Source: Thermodesulfobacteriota bacterium
GTDB lineage: Bacteria > Desulfobacterota > Desulfobacteria > Desulfobacterales > SURF-7
Direction: 5' to 3'
Assembly (NCBI GenBank): GCA_049320885.1
Contig: JBMORA010000045.1
Coordinates: 1 to 64,000 of the forward strand
Length of the DNA: 64,000 nucleotides
Every line of letters starts with the position of its first letter. The first letter of the stretch is position 1. Of the stretch, positions 62,325 to 64,000 are shown piece by piece. A program made the translations under genes and the position numbers. The notes beneath the pieces were generated by a model that worked only from the letters and a program-made list of their open reading frames with translations, was not told the DNA's origin and searched no databases.

Positions 62325-62629
62325 AGGCATTCTCCTTATGGTTGCGGTCGGATTCATCGGAAGCGGACACCGGGACGGCCTCCGCTACGTGGGCATGCAG
62401 CGCCGGACCAGTTCTGTCGGGGCGGACATCCGTTACAAGCCCCGACCTAACCGAAGCCCATGGGCTTGTCAAGGGATTTGTACTCCGGTATTGACAGCCC
62501 CCAGGAAATCTGATTGGAACGAATGGTTGCCTGCGGCCCCGGCATGGGAAATCCCCCGCGGACCATGTTTTGCAAGTTCCACTGGAGAAGATTGTAGATT
62601 GATTCCATTTTGGTGCAGGTCGCAAATCC

Positions 62630-63382
62630 ATGGATGACGGCGGTATTGAATGGCCGGAGCTGGTGCCCGGGGTCCTGATCCGGCGCTACAAGCGTTTTCT
62701 GGCCGACATCCTCCTTGAAGACGGCGCAACCGCCACCGCCCACTGCCCCAACTCGGGGGCCATGGCCTCCTGCTGCGAACCGGGACGACCGGTGTATCTT
62801 TCCGTCCACAACCAGCCCCATCGCAGACTGAAATACACCTGGGAATTGATTCACATGCCCGGCGCCATGGTGGGGGTCAACGCCCTGGTTCCCAACCGCC
62901 TGGTCCAGCGCTCCATCGCCGCCCGCCGCATCCGGGAACTAGACGGCTACAGGGACATGGTCCGGGAAGTCGTTGTGAGCCCCCATACCCGTCTCGACCT
63001 GCGATTGACCGACCCGGACAGGCCGCCCTGTTATGTGGAGATCAAGAACTGCACCCTGGTGACCGGCGGGAGGGCCATGTTTCCGGACGCCGTTACCAAA
63101 AGAGGCTTGAAGCATCTGGAGGAAATGACCCGGCTGGCGGCCGGCGGATCCCGCTGCGTCATGTTCTACCTGATCCAGCGCACCGATGCCCGCCGCTTCG
63201 AACCCGCCGATCATATCGACCCGGCCTACGGCAAGGCCCTGCGCCGGGCCGTGGACGGCGGCGTGGAAATCCTGGCCTGGGATGTCGCCGTCGATCTGCA
63301 CCGCATCGCCCTGCGCAGACCCATCCCCGTGAGGTTATCGCACGGATCATCGAACATCATTCATGCCAAGCAAGCGTATTGA
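62630..63382 (+). CDS. sfsA: DNA/RNA nuclease SfsA
   Basis: RRYKRFLAD, HCPNSG, VEIKNCTL, FPDAVTKRGLKHL. Confidence 0.95.
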   Translation: MDDGGIEWPELVPGVLIRRYKRFLADILLEDGATATAHCPNSGAMASCCEPGRPVYLSVHNQPHRRLKYTWELIHMPGAMVGVNALVPNRLVQRSIAARRIRELDGYRDMVREVVVSPHTRLDLRLTDPDRPPCYVEIKNCTLVTGGRAMFPDAVTKRGLKHLEEMTRLAAGGSRCVMFYLIQRTDARRFEPADHIDPAYGKALRRAVDGGVEILAWDVAVDLHRIALRRPIPVRLSHGSSNIIHAKQAY

Positions 63383-63403
63383 CACTGTTCGGTTTTTCAC
63401 GAT

Positions 63404-63784
63404 ATGACATCCTCAGAGAAAGGCGGCGAAACTTATATTGGGAGGTCGGGGTTGACGGAACAATCATCCGGATTTGATGCCATCATCATCAATGAAGTCC
63501 AGCTCGTTCTGGCGGAGAAGCGGACATCCCTGGCGGTGATGCGCACCGGTATCGCCGTGCTGGCTCTGCCCCTGTCCGTGCTGAGCGTCCTGATCGCCAC
63601 CTCGAAATATTACGATTTCGTTCGCGTTATACATCTGATGGTGCCCCTGATGGTGATCAATCTGTTTCTGGTTATTTTCGGCATCTATCTGATTTTACGC
63701 GCCATAGCGCGTATGCGGCGGCACGACGCTCTGATTCAAAAAATCAAGAAGGAGCACAGCGCCATCTCCGAATTTATCGATTGA
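63404..63784 (+). CDS. Small membrane protein (DUF202-like)
   Basis: LAEKRTSLAVMRTGIA followed by TM helices; alternative TTG start at 63452 after GGAGG. Confidence 0.7.
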   Translation: MTSSEKGGETYIGRSGLTEQSSGFDAIIINEVQLVLAEKRTSLAVMRTGIAVLALPLSVLSVLIATSKYYDFVRVIHLMVPLMVINLFLVIFGIYLILRAIARMRRHDALIQKIKKEHSAISEFID

Positions 63785-63785
63785 T

Positions 63786-63810
63786 TCAAACTGGTGAGTC
63801 AAACTGGTGA
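63786..63810. repeat. 12-bp tandem direct repeat TCAAACTGGTGA
   Basis: Copies at 63786-63797 and 63799-63810. Confidence 0.7.
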
Positions 63811-63885
63811 TCCAGACCCGTGACCCCAATCCGGGTATCGACGCTGCCGGGTCTTCACAACCATCTTCGCGGAAGGAGGCAGACC

Positions 63886-64000
63886 ATGAAACCGTTTTTC
63901 CCGCCCGATAGACAGGTAACCGCCGTCACCCACGGTCAGGCGACGTTTGAACTGCCGGTATTGTACTTCCGTGACGACGCTTTCGTCGTTTTCTATACCG
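63886..64000 (+). CDS. 5' end of a CDS, possibly acetoacetate decarboxylase family (runs off the window)
   Basis: AAGGAGG RBS; MKPFFPPDRQVTAVTHGQATFELPVLYFRDDAF. Family call is from recollected resemblance only. Confidence 0.5.
   Translation, partial: MKPFFPPDRQVTAVTHGQATFELPVLYFRDDAFVVFYT

Overview
GC-rich chromosomal window, most likely from an anaerobic Desulfobacterota (Desulfobacterales-like) bacterium; the taxonomy is inferred from gene content, not from a marker gene. From left to right it holds: a NuoE/F/G-like (BamGHI/HydABC-type) NADH module under a sigma54 promoter; two divergent PAS-domain sigma54 activators; a hybrid kinase; a Tat-signal amidohydrolase; an orphan MreB-like gene; a two-component system upstream of gdhA; a PEP-synthase-N-like protein; a TCA cluster (fumC, citrate synthase, acnA) interleaved with a glutaredoxin, a ferredoxin:thioredoxin reductase and a CxxC mini-protein; a stand-alone cooS; an acyl-CoA ligase/OleA-like pair; a CpxP/R/A-like system; glgP; a TPP-riboswitch thiSGHFEC operon; a 1472-aa PlsA/Ger-like enzyme; and sfsA. 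The most interesting observation is a two-gene cassette about 1.3 kb from glgP. It encodes a Soj/ParA ATPase fused to a glycogen-binding CBM48-like domain, followed by a small protein that carries only the ParB-type LGRGL activator peptide. This is a candidate glycogen-granule positioning system. No CRISPR array, rRNA, tRNA or transposase was recognised. All calls come from motif reading by eye; no database searches were run.
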